From Myxococcota bacterium (GTDB lineage Bacteria > Myxococcota_A > Bradymonadia > UBA7976 > UBA1532), in contig JAYZEG010000011.1 of assembly GCA_036337435.1 (NCBI GenBank), positions 63,886 through 127,885 of the forward strand: DNA of 64,000 bases. The letters run 5' to 3'. Positions 19,492-29,364 of this stretch are shown one piece after another. The position numbers and the translations under genes were made by a program. The notes beneath the pieces are model-generated. The model ran no database searches. It was given only the letters and a program-made list of their open reading frames with translations, and was not told the DNA's origin. Each line of letters opens with the position of its first letter. Position 1 is the first letter of the stretch.

Positions 19492-20082
19492 CTATTCGTC
19501 GTCGTTTGCAGGGAGGCTGATTACGGTTTCAAGCGCATGTAACCTGCCGTTTGTCGCAACGATGTCTGCTTCTAAAACTTTCGAATTCCCGATGAGAACC
19601 TCACCATCGGCCGATGGAGAAATGTCCACCGCTCGACCAATCATTTCAACTTCGGTCACTTGTGCTAAGTCGCTCGTTGAGTAGTCGCCTTCTGCGACGT
19701 GAGTCAGAATGAACTCATGCAGGTAATTTTGGTCGGTTCGAATCTCTTCGAGCAGGGTTTCTGGCATTGCTTGCACCGCGGAATTAATCGGGACGAATAC
19801 AGTAAATGGTCCAGGGCTGCGCATTGCATCGAGCAGACCGATTAAATTGACCAGCTCCAGGACCTCGGAAAAACGTGGATCGGTCTCCAAGATCTCAGCG
19901 ATGGTTTGGGTTGGCTCCGTTGGGATTGTATCTGCATTGTTGGCCATATTGTCTAGTTGGGGACCCGAGCTGCTCATTTGCCCTTCATTCGTCGGTGCGT
20001 TCTCGGATGTTGATTCTTCTCCGCAGCCGGTCAGAAGGCCAGTGAACAAGACGGTGACCAAAAGGATTCTAGATGTCTTCAT
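19492..20082 (-). CDS. Single-domain fasciclin lipoprotein
   Basis: Lipobox LTG-C; GPFTVFVP.N.A; ADIVATNGRLHALETV. Confidence 0.88.
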   Translation of the reverse strand: MKTSRILLVTVLFTGLLTGCGEESTSENAPTNEGQMSSSGPQLDNMANNADTIPTEPTQTIAEILETDPRFSEVLELVNLIGLLDAMRSPGPFTVFVPINSAVQAMPETLLEEIRTDQNYLHEFILTHVAEGDYSTSDLAQVTEVEMIGRAVDISPSADGEVLIGNSKVLEADIVATNGRLHALETVISLPANDDE

Positions 20083-20116
20083 GTTTTAATCTCTCAAAAT
20101 TGGGGGAATTGGGGAC

Positions 20117-21298
20117 CTAATTGGCCGTCGCGAGCTTTGCTTCGACAACCTGCGCAATGGAACGAGTTTTGTGAATCGCAACGAGTTCAAGACCAGCCGC
20201 ATTGAGCAGGCTCTCAAATTCCGCTGGAGTACGCTCTTTACCCGCAAACATAGTCATCATCAGGAGGTCGATAGTCGTTCGTCCTCGTTCCATGTTTGAC
20301 CGTTGTTTGTTAGCGGCACGACCCAGCTCGATCAAAATAATACGACTGTCTTGACTGGTCATTGCTGAAGCCAGGTTCGTTAAGATCTGCTCGCACTTTG
20401 AATCAGACCAATCGTGCAGAATGTTTCTCAGAACAAAGGCTGCACCGGCTCCGATTTTAGGAATTGTATCGTGATCGAAGAAGTCGCCACTCTGAAAGTT
20501 TAAGCGCCCTGACGAATTTTCGCGATGATCGGATAGTGCACGCTTGCTCTCCTCAATGACTTTGGGGAGGTCAAAGATGGTTGCATTGAGTTTCGTATAC
20601 TTGTCCATCAACGGGAGAATAAAGGACCCTTGCGACCCGCCAATATCGATCACGCTGTCAAAACGAGACCAGCTGAAGTCGTCCATGACCGCGCGATCTG
20701 TAAAGGCGCTGCTGGCTGTCATCGCATTCGCAAATTGAGCATGACTCGTGGGTCTCGCCTCCAGGTAATCAGAGAAGAAATCCATGCCGGGTTGCTCATG
20801 GTACAGCTCAAAAGCTGATGCTTGCGAATTTAAGGCGTCCAATAGACGTGTCGAAGGCCCGTAGCAATCTTCGACCCAGTGAAAGAGTAATGGACGAATC
20901 GTATTTGGATGACTCTGGATTAAGACTTCGGTTTTTGCTGTGTTCATCCACCGCGCAGTCCCCATAGACCGTACTATTTTGAAGTACCCCTGCTGACAAA
21001 GGGCGTGCATCAAACGTTCGATCCGATCAGGACAGGCATCCACTGTGTTTGCGATCTCTGCACTGGTCAGGGCGCGGCGATGGAGCATCTCAGGGATATT
21101 TAACTTTGCGACGGCATACATCCACTGTGGCAGCATGAACATAGATGCATCCATGAGAGCCTGAACGGGGGCGGGCCGAAATCCGAGCCAGTTTAAAAAT
21201 CGAAACAGCCACTTCGGTGGTAACCAGCGTAACTGATCTCGGAACGCTAGCGGTTGGCTGTCGGACCCAGACGGATCGATTTTCGAGGTGGTTAACAC
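20117..21298 (-). CDS. SAM-dependent O-methyltransferase, family 2 (dimerisation plus MTase domain)
   Basis: VIDIGGSQG, FDLP.VI, GDFF, RNILHDWSD, GKERT..EF..LL..AG. Confidence 0.9.
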   Translation of the reverse strand: MLTTSKIDPSGSDSQPLAFRDQLRWLPPKWLFRFLNWLGFRPAPVQALMDASMFMLPQWMYAVAKLNIPEMLHRRALTSAEIANTVDACPDRIERLMHALCQQGYFKIVRSMGTARWMNTAKTEVLIQSHPNTIRPLLFHWVEDCYGPSTRLLDALNSQASAFELYHEQPGMDFFSDYLEARPTSHAQFANAMTASSAFTDRAVMDDFSWSRFDSVIDIGGSQGSFILPLMDKYTKLNATIFDLPKVIEESKRALSDHRENSSGRLNFQSGDFFDHDTIPKIGAGAAFVLRNILHDWSDSKCEQILTNLASAMTSQDSRIILIELGRAANKQRSNMERGRTTIDLLMMTMFAGKERTPAEFESLLNAAGLELVAIHKTRSIAQVVEAKLATAN

Positions 21299-21422
21299 TG
21301 GCTTGACTATCCTTGTGGGTCAGCATGAGGCCCGGGCGACGAATCTAATATTGGCCGTCAGCGGTGGCTGGTTTGTCGGTCACACCGCTGACATCCAATG
21401 GGTCTTTTTGGTCGCCGACCGC

Positions 21423-22154
21423 CTACTCTTGGGGTGGGCCATTCTCGCAGACATCAGCGAAGGTCGCGTCCACAGTCCGTGCCAGCCCGATAAGTATTCC
21501 GCACATGGTCTGTGTGCAGATAAGACCAGCTTGACCGCATTGGTCCTGAACGCAGCCTTCGTACAAAGGAATGTAACTGTCGTCTCCCAAGGGGTCGCAT
21601 TGCTCGATAGCGCAGGCTGCAAAGAACGCACAAGCGGCGGCGCATTGTTCGTCACCGCCACCGGGACATTCAGGGCCGGCTGCTGGTGGAGCCGTATCGC
21701 ATGCGACGCCGCATTCACCGTCGATGCACGTTGCTTCACAGCGAGGAACGGTCGAGCCAGCACAATCTGATGCAGCTACACATTCAGGCATTGGACCACC
21801 GGCCCCGCCTTCAGCACCCGCACCACCGGCACCACCCTCGGCACCGGCACCACCCGTGCCACCGACTGCACCCGTTCCACCAGCACCGCCTTCAGCACCA
21901 GCACCGCCAGCACCACCGATTGCACCAGTACCGCCAGCACCGCCCTCGGCACCAGCACCGCCAGCACCGCCAGCACCACCGGCACCACCGGCACCACCGG
22001 CACCACCGACCGCACCGGCACCACCGGCACCACCTACTGCACCCGTACCACCAGCACCGCCGAAGTTATTGGTATCATCGGATGAACTGTCGCTCTCGCC
22101 GCCACAGGCAGCCAGAACTAAACTCAAAATAAAATAAACGCCTTGCTTCTTCAT
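21423..22154 (-). CDS. Lipoprotein with Gly-rich stalk and Cys-rich C-terminal domains
   Basis: GAAGGAAG RBS; lipobox LAA-C; GGAGGAGAE/GAV repeats; Cys-rich tail. Confidence 0.8.
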   Translation of the reverse strand: MKKQGVYFILSLVLAACGGESDSSSDDTNNFGGAGGTGAVGGAGGAGAVGGAGGAGGAGGAGGAGGAGAEGGAGGTGAIGGAGGAGAEGGAGGTGAVGGTGGAGAEGGAGGAGAEGGAGGPMPECVAASDCAGSTVPRCEATCIDGECGVACDTAPPAAGPECPGGGDEQCAAACAFFAACAIEQCDPLGDDSYIPLYEGCVQDQCGQAGLICTQTMCGILIGLARTVDATFADVCENGPPQE

Positions 22155-22235
22155 TGCTTCCTTCTTTCAAACAGGCTTTCTGTGTTGCGATGTGTAACGC
22201 ATCGATTATTCGTCGTCGGCGCTTGTAGCCGAAAT

Positions 22236-23534
22236 TTAACTTAAGTCCAAGGTTCTTGTTGCACCACTTTGCTCATGACCCAGCGCTCGCGCAGTGTTTT
22301 CGAGCCGATTTTGTCCTTGGCTGCGCAGCGGCATAACCAGTCCTGCTAAGAAAGCTGGGACATGCTGCAAAGGGAGTTTCCAGACTGCGCGTTTACCCAT
22401 ATTGGCTTCGAGAAAATGAGTGAGCAGTCCCGGGCTACGTGATAACCCGCGGATCGCCAACCGTCTTAGGAGGGGCACTCTCGCCAACACGAGTGCCAGC
22501 TTGACCATGCGTACACTTTTCCAGTAAATCCGAAAAATGCGCCGGCCAAGACCGCTTAGGTCATCCGCACCTAATCGATTGGTTCGCACCAATATTGGGA
22601 GCTCATGTGCTACAACCTCTGCCTGCTGTAATGCCACGGAAAGGCCCTCTCCCGTGATGCCGTCCACGTAGCCCAGGGCATCACCCAACAGAATAGTTCG
22701 ATCTTGGGTTGCAACCTTTGCTTGGACTGCCAGTGGGCCCGTTGCTTGTTGATTAGATACGGTCTTACATCCGCTCACTCGTCTTTCTAGTTGGGGAAAG
22801 TTCTTTAACAGAACGGACATCAGATTTCGTCCAGCTCGGGCCGGTTTAAAACGTGATTTATCCCAAAGAAATGCGACTTCGACACGACTTTCAGACGAGG
22901 GTGTAACGTAAGCTTCTATTCCATTTGACCAATACACTTCGACGTGATTTGTCCACGGAGTAACCTGAAAGTGTTGGCGCGCGCCCCAACGCTTGTCCCT
23001 CACCGCTGGAGAACCGTCGAGTTTCAATAGTTTCCTGACTTTCGAATTTCGGCCGTCTGCACCGATCACGACAGCGGCTTTCATTCCGAACTGGCCGTCG
23101 ATACCGCGAAGTTTTATATCAACATGGGATTCGAATGATTCGATAGCCAGAAGCTGAGTCGACTCCATCAGGGTTACGTAAGGGCTGTCTTGGGCCGCCT
23201 TGTAAAGTGCATCGCTCAGTCCTGTTCTACGAATGCCATAACCAACCCCGCTGTCGAAGTTTGCTTGCGCGATCGCACCTTGGTCACAAATCCAGCGTAT
23301 GCCATAAAATGCCCGGAGTGAATCATGATCGATCTGTTCGAAGATCCCCATTCGGTCTAGCGTTTCGACGCCACAAGGCATCAGGCCTTCGCCACAAACT
23401 TTATCGATTGGCCATTGCTTCTTGTCGACAACCGTTACGAACAGCCGCCTTTTCGCGAGGGCTATCGCACAGGCGAGCCCGGCAGGACCGCCTCCGACGA
23501 TGACAACATCCACTTTTCGTTGGGTAAGACTCAT
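22236..23534 (-). CDS. FAD-dependent monooxygenase/oxidoreductase (FtpE/SrsC-like)
   Basis: GGGPAG, DKVCGEGLMP, GADG..S.VR, LLGDA.GYVD.ITGEG; last gene of the PKS operon. Confidence 0.88.
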   Translation of the reverse strand: MSLTQRKVDVVIVGGGPAGLACAIALAKRRLFVTVVDKKQWPIDKVCGEGLMPCGVETLDRMGIFEQIDHDSLRAFYGIRWICDQGAIAQANFDSGVGYGIRRTGLSDALYKAAQDSPYVTLMESTQLLAIESFESHVDIKLRGIDGQFGMKAAVVIGADGRNSKVRKLLKLDGSPAVRDKRWGARQHFQVTPWTNHVEVYWSNGIEAYVTPSSESRVEVAFLWDKSRFKPARAGRNLMSVLLKNFPQLERRVSGCKTVSNQQATGPLAVQAKVATQDRTILLGDALGYVDGITGEGLSVALQQAEVVAHELPILVRTNRLGADDLSGLGRRIFRIYWKSVRMVKLALVLARVPLLRRLAIRGLSRSPGLLTHFLEANMGKRAVWKLPLQHVPAFLAGLVMPLRSQGQNRLENTARALGHEQSGATRTLDLS

Positions 23535-23538
23535 GGAA

Positions 23539-25302
23539 TCACCGCGTTCGCTCGACAAGCCTGATGTGGCTTGCTCGATGTCGAATGTGTTGAACCAAAC
23601 CACTGCCCATCTCTTTGAGGATGAGCCCACGGGTTACTTTTTTTCCAGCACTTAAGGTGCCGTTAAGCCAGCAACTTCGCGCTTCGCTGCGCCTAATTTT
23701 ACCCGATGAGGTTCGTGGTAATGTGCCGGGGTCAAGTAATTCGAATTCGGATACGGACAGACCCACGCCGGCCTGAACCGCTGCAATGGCTTCATTGACC
23801 ACGGCGTCTGCATCCACATGCTCTCGCCCTTTTTCGGCCAGCAGAATCAATCGCTCACTACCGGCCTGCTCGTCATGAACTCCAAAAGCAGCGACACAAC
23901 CAGGTCGAATTCCATCAAGACCATCCAGGGATTGTTCGACGAGTGCGGGGTCATGATTTCGACCGTTTATGATGACGATGTCCTTTTCGCGACCGCACAG
24001 ATACAGCTCGCCATTCAGAATGAAGCCTGTGTCTCCCGTATCGAGCCAGCCATCCTCGTCCAACGTCTCAGCGGTCGCATCCGGTCGGTTGAGGTAGCAT
24101 TGCATGACGCCCGGACTCTTCACGTGGACACGTCCGACTCGTGCGTCCGAGAGTTTGGCTCCGTCGCCGTTGCGAACTTCGATAGAGCAGCCGGCGAGTG
24201 GTTTACCGAGGGATGGAATTTGGCGACCGTCCGCCGTGATTTCCGCGATCCCTGATTGTTCCAACCGGTCTGCATCGAAATGGGTCCATTGTGGCTTCTG
24301 GTTGGGTTCTGAAAAGGTGACGGCCAGCGTCGCTTCCGCAAGGCCATAAACGGGCGTGATTGCGGTCGAGTCGAAGCCGACAGCCGAGAATCGACTTGAA
24401 AACTCCTCCAGGGTTCGCGGATGAACTGGCTCTGCTCCACACAGCGCCACTTTCCAGTTCGCTAGATCGAGGCCATCCAAATCGCAATCACGGGTCTTGT
24501 TCGCTGTGAGTCCGAAAGCAAAATTGGGAGCCACCGATATTGTCGCCTGGCTTTCAGACAGAGCTTGGAGCCAACGAACCGGTTTGGTCACAAACCGTTC
24601 TGGACCGAGCAGGGTCAGTGGCGATGAACTCACAACGGCCGAAATCATACAGCCAACGAGCCCCATGTCATGATAGAGCGGCAACCAACTGACACCGCTC
24701 CGTTCATCAGCGGCAACCGGTAGGGCGTCTAAAATGGCGCGCGCGTTGTACAGGATGTTTTCATGGCTGAGAGCCACCGGTTTCGGATCACCGGTGCTGC
24801 CGGAGCTGAACTGGATGGCTGCAATATCTGCGGCGGGTGCAGTCGGCGTGTATCCAACATGGCCATTTTTCTGCAGCTGCGCCACAGTGTGACAGCCGAG
24901 TTTTGGATCCGCCATTCGCACAGGGGTCCCCAAAAGGGGCATCAACCGCTTATCGGTCAAAACGGCAGCGCACTCTACTGAAACCAGCATCTTTGCCGTG
25001 CGAATCTTCCACTCTTCGACTTTACCCAGTCGCGCTGGTGGATAGAGCGCCGTCGGCACCCCACCGGCAATGCAAACGCCGAAGAACGCTGCATAGAATT
25101 CTGGACCGGTGCCGAGAACAATGGCCACGGTGTCTTTAGGCTTTAGACCGCGATGGACCAAACTGTCTGCAACGGCGCGTGCGCTTTGCATTAAAATTTC
25201 GTAGCGATAAAACTGTGACCGGCCCGGATCAGACCAAAAGGTTACGCCGCTGACCCCCAGACTGGCTCGCTCTAAAGCTTGAATCAGCGTGTCAGCTTGC
25301 AT
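23539..25302 (-). CDS. Fatty acyl-AMP ligase (FtpD-like)
   Basis: QFSSGSTGDPK, SWLPLYHDMGL, APNFAF, YGLAEATL, TGDTGF, LPRTSSGKIRR; adjacent to an ACP gene. Confidence 0.92.
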   Translation of the reverse strand: MQADTLIQALERASLGVSGVTFWSDPGRSQFYRYEILMQSARAVADSLVHRGLKPKDTVAIVLGTGPEFYAAFFGVCIAGGVPTALYPPARLGKVEEWKIRTAKMLVSVECAAVLTDKRLMPLLGTPVRMADPKLGCHTVAQLQKNGHVGYTPTAPAADIAAIQFSSGSTGDPKPVALSHENILYNARAILDALPVAADERSGVSWLPLYHDMGLVGCMISAVVSSSPLTLLGPERFVTKPVRWLQALSESQATISVAPNFAFGLTANKTRDCDLDGLDLANWKVALCGAEPVHPRTLEEFSSRFSAVGFDSTAITPVYGLAEATLAVTFSEPNQKPQWTHFDADRLEQSGIAEITADGRQIPSLGKPLAGCSIEVRNGDGAKLSDARVGRVHVKSPGVMQCYLNRPDATAETLDEDGWLDTGDTGFILNGELYLCGREKDIVIINGRNHDPALVEQSLDGLDGIRPGCVAAFGVHDEQAGSERLILLAEKGREHVDADAVVNEAIAAVQAGVGLSVSEFELLDPGTLPRTSSGKIRRSEARSCWLNGTLSAGKKVTRGLILKEMGSGLVQHIRHRASHIRLVERTR

Positions 25303-25555
25303 CTCGCATCTCCGACTGTCGGTATAAAATAAGGCGCGCGATATCGTCGACAGTTTCGGGTGGATTATCTGCATCTTCACCCAGATACATTTCGAATTCG
25401 TTCTCTAATTCGAGGGCCAAACTCAGGAGACCGACACTATCCAATCCGAGATCAGCTTGTAGCCTCGCCTTTGGTCCCACCAAGCTTCGCTCCACCCCGC
25501 AGTGTTCTTCGAGTATGTTTTTGATAACCATCAGGCAATCGGCATAGGTACTCAT
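25292..25555 (-). CDS. Acyl carrier protein (FtpC-like)
   Basis: 87 aa, acidic, with the DLGLDSV phosphopantetheine site. Confidence 0.9.
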   Translation of the reverse strand: MSTYADCLMVIKNILEEHCGVERSLVGPKARLQADLGLDSVGLLSLALELENEFEMYLGEDADNPPETVDDIARLILYRQSEMRDAS

Positions 25556-26130
25556 GACGTCCGTCCAATCGGTAAAAAGCGATTTTTATTTTCAAACGTT
25601 GCCTCATAATTATTAAGTCGGCTGAGTTCTCTCTCTTCCGTTCGGATGCGCACCAGTAGCAACCATGCGTTTGCGATGCTGAAAACAGCGGCCGTAATCC
25701 AGCCATTGAAAATAAGTGGAAGAGCCGCGATCTCGAGTACAACCCCTAAATAATTGGGGTGTCGGATGAATCGGAAGATGCCCTCGTTAACGACTCGAGC
25801 GTGAGGCAACACAATGATCCGTGTGGTCCATCGAGGGCCTAGCGTTTTAATGGCGATCAGCCGCAGCGCTTGACCCGCAATGAGCAAAGCGAGTCCCGTG
25901 ACAACGAGAAAGACCGGTGGGGTTTGATTTCGCCATAGTGCTTCACCAACGCAGGCGAAAAGCCAAATGGTATGAAGGCTTGCCATCACAGGGTAGTGTC
26001 CTGACCCGACCTCGATTGCACCTTGTTCCAAAAGGCGCTTCGTATTGTGTTTTGACAAGCGCAGTTCAAGTAACCGCTGGACCGAAACGACCAGGACGAG
26101 TCCGATGTATAGTGTCGTGCTTGCAATCAT
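25552..26130 (-). CDS. ICMT-family membrane methyltransferase (FtpB/SrsB/BpsB-like)
   Basis: QRL.EL..S..N, GA.E.G..HY..M..LH, LG.RW.TRI, RHPNY, RI..EE. Confidence 0.9.
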   Translation of the reverse strand: MIASTTLYIGLVLVVSVQRLLELRLSKHNTKRLLEQGAIEVGSGHYPVMASLHTIWLFACVGEALWRNQTPPVFLVVTGLALLIAGQALRLIAIKTLGPRWTTRIIVLPHARVVNEGIFRFIRHPNYLGVVLEIAALPLIFNGWITAAVFSIANAWLLLVRIRTEERELSRLNNYEATFENKNRFLPIGRTS

Positions 26131-27194
26131 CAGTGCACCGTTTCTAACAAATTAAGCTCTGCGCAAAAGGCCGGGCCCATCGCAGCCATCATGCCAACCG
26201 AGCCGGCCGGCGGTAGATTCTTCATGCGTTCTCTAAGTACGAATAAAACTGAGGACGAACTCATATTCCCGTACCGAGCCAAACTGTCCCAAGACAGCGC
26301 CAGCGCATCTTCATCCAGACCTAACGCAGTCTCCATCGCCTTCATCACTTTGGGGCCGCCTGGGTGGGCTACGAGGAAATCGGGTCTCGCTTGCTCTAGG
26401 CCGGAATCGGCCATCAGTGCCTCCACCTCGGATGGGAGTTCTTCCGCGACGATCTTGGGTACGTCGGGTGACAGGACGACTTTGAACCCGCTGTCAACAA
26501 CGTCCCAGCCCATCACCCGTTCAGTGTCCTGAAAGAACGCTGACCTTGGGTTAGACCATCTGAGCGGTGCTGTTGCAGCCAGTGGGTGTTCATCTCCAAC
26601 CATCAAGACAGCCGCACAGCCGTCACCAAACAGACCAGAGGCAACAATGTTGGCCACTGACAAATCCTGTTTCTGGAGTGTGAGCGAACACAGTTCCACG
26701 GAGACCAGCAACGCCGCTTGATCTGGATGCCCGTCCAGATAGTCACCGACGCGATTAATACCTGCGACACCGGCTAGACACCCTAAACCGAACAAGGGCA
26801 TCCGCCGCGTGTCACGCCGGAACGGGAGTTGATTCATGAGACGCGCATCTAAGCTGGGTACGGCGAGCCCCGTGACGGTGGTACTGACGATCGCGTCAAT
26901 GTCACTTGCATCTAGGGCCGCTGCGTCAAGCACTTTAGCGACCGCTTCTGTTGCCATCGGAACGGCGGCTTTGACCCACGCGGTATTGAACGATCCAAAG
27001 CCGGATAGCTCCTGGTATGCTTCCAGGGGGATTGCCAAATGTCGGCCTCCGACGAGCACATTACGTTGGAAGTCAATGATGCGCTGCGGATTAAAATACC
27101 GTTCCCGCCAGTCCGCCATCAAAGCGTCTGTGAGTTGATCCTGATCATAATAGTGCGGTGCAAGGCTGCACTCGACGCTGTGTATGTACGGCAT
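26130..27194 (-). CDS. Type III polyketide synthase (FtpA/SrsA-like)
   Basis: Catalytic triad Cys (GLGCLAG), His (AHPGG), Asn (YGNMSS); also LFGDG and AMGP.F. Confidence 0.95.
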   Translation of the reverse strand: MPYIHSVECSLAPHYYDQDQLTDALMADWRERYFNPQRIIDFQRNVLVGGRHLAIPLEAYQELSGFGSFNTAWVKAAVPMATEAVAKVLDAAALDASDIDAIVSTTVTGLAVPSLDARLMNQLPFRRDTRRMPLFGLGCLAGVAGINRVGDYLDGHPDQAALLVSVELCSLTLQKQDLSVANIVASGLFGDGCAAVLMVGDEHPLAATAPLRWSNPRSAFFQDTERVMGWDVVDSGFKVVLSPDVPKIVAEELPSEVEALMADSGLEQARPDFLVAHPGGPKVMKAMETALGLDEDALALSWDSLARYGNMSSSSVLFVLRERMKNLPPAGSVGMMAAMGPAFCAELNLLETVH

Positions 27195-27277
27195 GGTCAG
27201 GATCTCCCCTCTTCAGTGGCAAAACCGAGAACGATGAAGCCGGACTGACCCCTGCTCCGAACCGATTTTCCGCATAT

Positions 27278-27322
27278 AATCTACCGTCCGGAAGATTAAT
27301 TGTCAACATTTTGTCTAGGTTT
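27278..27322 (-). promoter_or_regulatory. PKS operon promoter with 11-bp-spaced TnnACA repeats
   Basis: Minus strand AAACCTAGACA-AAATGTTGACA-ATTAATCTTCCGGACGG-TAGATT: a perfect -35 TTGACA, 17-bp spacer, -10 TAGATT, with TAGACA and TTGACA 11 bp apart. Confidence 0.7.
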
Positions 27323-27431
27323 AATGGATAAATCTATGCAAAAACCTGTTCGAAAAATTATTTAAGTTAGTTAACGCCGTGCCGTCCAACCCGACATCGG
27401 TTGGCAGGACGCATGCTCAAGTCATCGTATC

Positions 27432-28172
27432 TCAGCAACCGCCTTCGGTATTCAGCCTGAAAATTTTGGTTGCTATTCCTTGATACATGACAGAACTAAA
27501 TGGTTGCTGCCCAAATGTAAAACCGCCTTTCCATCCCACGGGACCAATTCCGGTTTTTCGTTCAATTTTTGCCCCATCTTTTCTGAGCCATGATTCTAAC
27601 TCGTTGGGTTTAATAAACTTTTTCCAGTCATGGGTGCCTTTAGGAACCACCCCAATTAAATTTTCAGCAAGTGTAATCATGACAACTTTCGCTAAGAAAG
27701 TTCGGTTTATGCAGCTGAAGAAGAGCCGTCCGCCTGGTTTCAAAACGCGGAGTATTTCTGTCAGTACAACCCGTGGATCGTCGACATGGACGAGGACGTC
27801 TGTGCAGATGACCAGGTCGAACACCTCATCTCCGAAGGGGAGTTTTTCCGCTGCCCCAACTCGGTAGTCGACATGCAAACCATCCTGTTCAGCTTTGTTA
27901 CGCGCTGCCTGAATGGCACCAGCTGCTGAATCGATACCGGTCACGTGGGCACCGGCCTTGGCGACCAGCGTGCTTAAAAAACCTCCGCCACAGCCGACAT
28001 CCAATAGGTGCATGCCGAACGGGTCGACGAAACGCGACAGGTAGGCCATGCGAGGATGAGCCAGACGGCGTAAAGGGTCGAGTAGAGTGGCCTCTTCATC
28101 CCACCATGGATCCACTTGATCGTAGATCGTGAGGTCATTTCGAATCACTTTTGGTTGGCGTATCATAGACAT
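27432..28172 (-). CDS. UbiG-like SAM-dependent O-methyltransferase
   Basis: NDL.IYD....WW, LLDVGCGGG, LKPGG......INRT, GTHDW.KFIKP.EL. The real start is about 28172/28166, not 28661. Confidence 0.85.
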   Translation of the reverse strand: MSMIRQPKVIRNDLTIYDQVDPWWDEEATLLDPLRRLAHPRMAYLSRFVDPFGMHLLDVGCGGGFLSTLVAKAGAHVTGIDSAAGAIQAARNKAEQDGLHVDYRVGAAEKLPFGDEVFDLVICTDVLVHVDDPRVVLTEILRVLKPGGRLFFSCINRTFLAKVVMITLAENLIGVVPKGTHDWKKFIKPNELESWLRKDGAKIERKTGIGPVGWKGGFTFGQQPFSSVMYQGIATKIFRLNTEGGC

Positions 28173-28195
28173 CCGGTCGTGATAGAAAGTCGTGG

Positions 28196-28633
28196 TTAGT
28201 GAGTCGCGCGTCGGGCTAGGCTGGGTGCCCACAACCGCTCTGAGGTTTGTGCGGCAAGCCAGTTGCCCGTCGGTATAAAAGCGGCAAAGAATAATGTCAT
28301 CGCGAGGGAGAAGTTTCGCTCTCCCAACAGCGTGTCGATGATGTTGCCCTGAAATGCAATCGATGTCTCGAAAGCGTATCCACAGATTTCCAGAAGGCCA
28401 AGTACCAGAAGTCCCCACAAATACTGGTCGAATGCGGGTTTCGTACGGCACACGATCGATGCAGGAATGAGGTAGAGACCGTAACACGTCAGAACCTGCC
28501 ACCAGTTGGCAAACATGGCTATTTCCGCGTATTGGCCAATGGCGTTCATTGTAAAGCCCAGGGGTATATAAACCACAACATAAGCCAGCAATAGTCGCTT
28601 GGGTACGTCTAGTCGGTCGATCACATTGCGCAT
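28196..28633 (-). CDS. Hypothetical integral membrane protein (about 4 TM)
   Basis: GGAG RBS before ATG 28633; hydrophobic segments; directly upstream of the UbiG-like gene. Confidence 0.65.
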   Translation of the reverse strand: MRNVIDRLDVPKRLLLAYVVVYIPLGFTMNAIGQYAEIAMFANWWQVLTCYGLYLIPASIVCRTKPAFDQYLWGLLVLGLLEICGYAFETSIAFQGNIIDTLLGERNFSLAMTLFFAAFIPTGNWLAAQTSERLWAPSLARRATH

Positions 28634-28675
28634 GGGTCGCTCCACGAATCCGAAAGGACACACATTATACACATA

Positions 28676-28720
28676 AATCTACCAATTGGAAGGTTTTTGT
28701 TTACATTTTTGTCCAGATTT
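28676..28720 (-). promoter_or_regulatory. Promoter/operator paralogous to the PKS promoter
   Basis: Plus strand aatctaccaattggaaggtttttgtttacatttttgtccagattt aligns end to end with 27278-27322 (aatctaccgtccggaagattaattgtcaacattttgtctaggttt). Confidence 0.65.
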
Positions 28721-29364
28721 CTTCATCAGTGAGTATTCGCCAACTGCGATCCAGGCAGTCAGAGGTCCGTTTGTGGTGGTCATCTTTGGGGTCTTGTTTG
28801 CCAACAAACAGTCATATCAGCGACGCGCTCGATTAAAGCCTACTGAAATTTAACACGGCCACGTAGTGACGTTTCGAAGACTGAAAGCGAAAAGACCCTC
28901 TCCAGGTCACTGGGCGGTGAATGAAAACCGTGCCAGCGTTCGTCGCTCTAGCTGAATCGCACAGCAGTCCGAACGAGTCGATGCACACTGGGGCCGCTCT
29001 TCGCAACCGTCCCATTCGCACACCAGAACGATCGCAGCAGGCATAAACGCTGCGTGACGGCCCGCTGAGACGCTGTCGGTTTGCCCACACTCCATCGGGA
29101 ACCTAAAGGCACTTCCCATCAGCAGATCCAATCATCGTTATCCGCCAGGTCTCAATCCAGGACGACATACAGTCTGTCTTCGATCTGTTACAGTTTCGAT
29201 GTAGACCGAGATGGAGGGTCAGTTCAGTCGAACGATCCGCGGTGGCCCAGACGCATTCTGCAACAGAATGTCTGGTAACCTTGGCGCATTGGACCGCATC
29301 TGCACAGTGGACCAGCCGTAATGTATATATCCGGCGTGTTATTTTTGTCAGGACCAGCGTGCTT

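Noticed and set aside
21724..22137. Pro-rich (PAPPAPP) and Val/Leu-rich alternative-frame ORFs over the Gly repeats
   Set aside because: Frame artefacts of the same low-complexity repeats, with no independent RBS or domain.
28173..28661. Long N-terminal extension of the UbiG-like ORF (409 aa in the track)
   Set aside because: It overlaps a better membrane-protein ORF with an RBS; UbiG similarity begins near 28172.
28721..29364. Short ORFs in the 640-bp gap before the TIGR01777 gene
   Set aside because: No RBS, recognisable motif or consistent coding signal.
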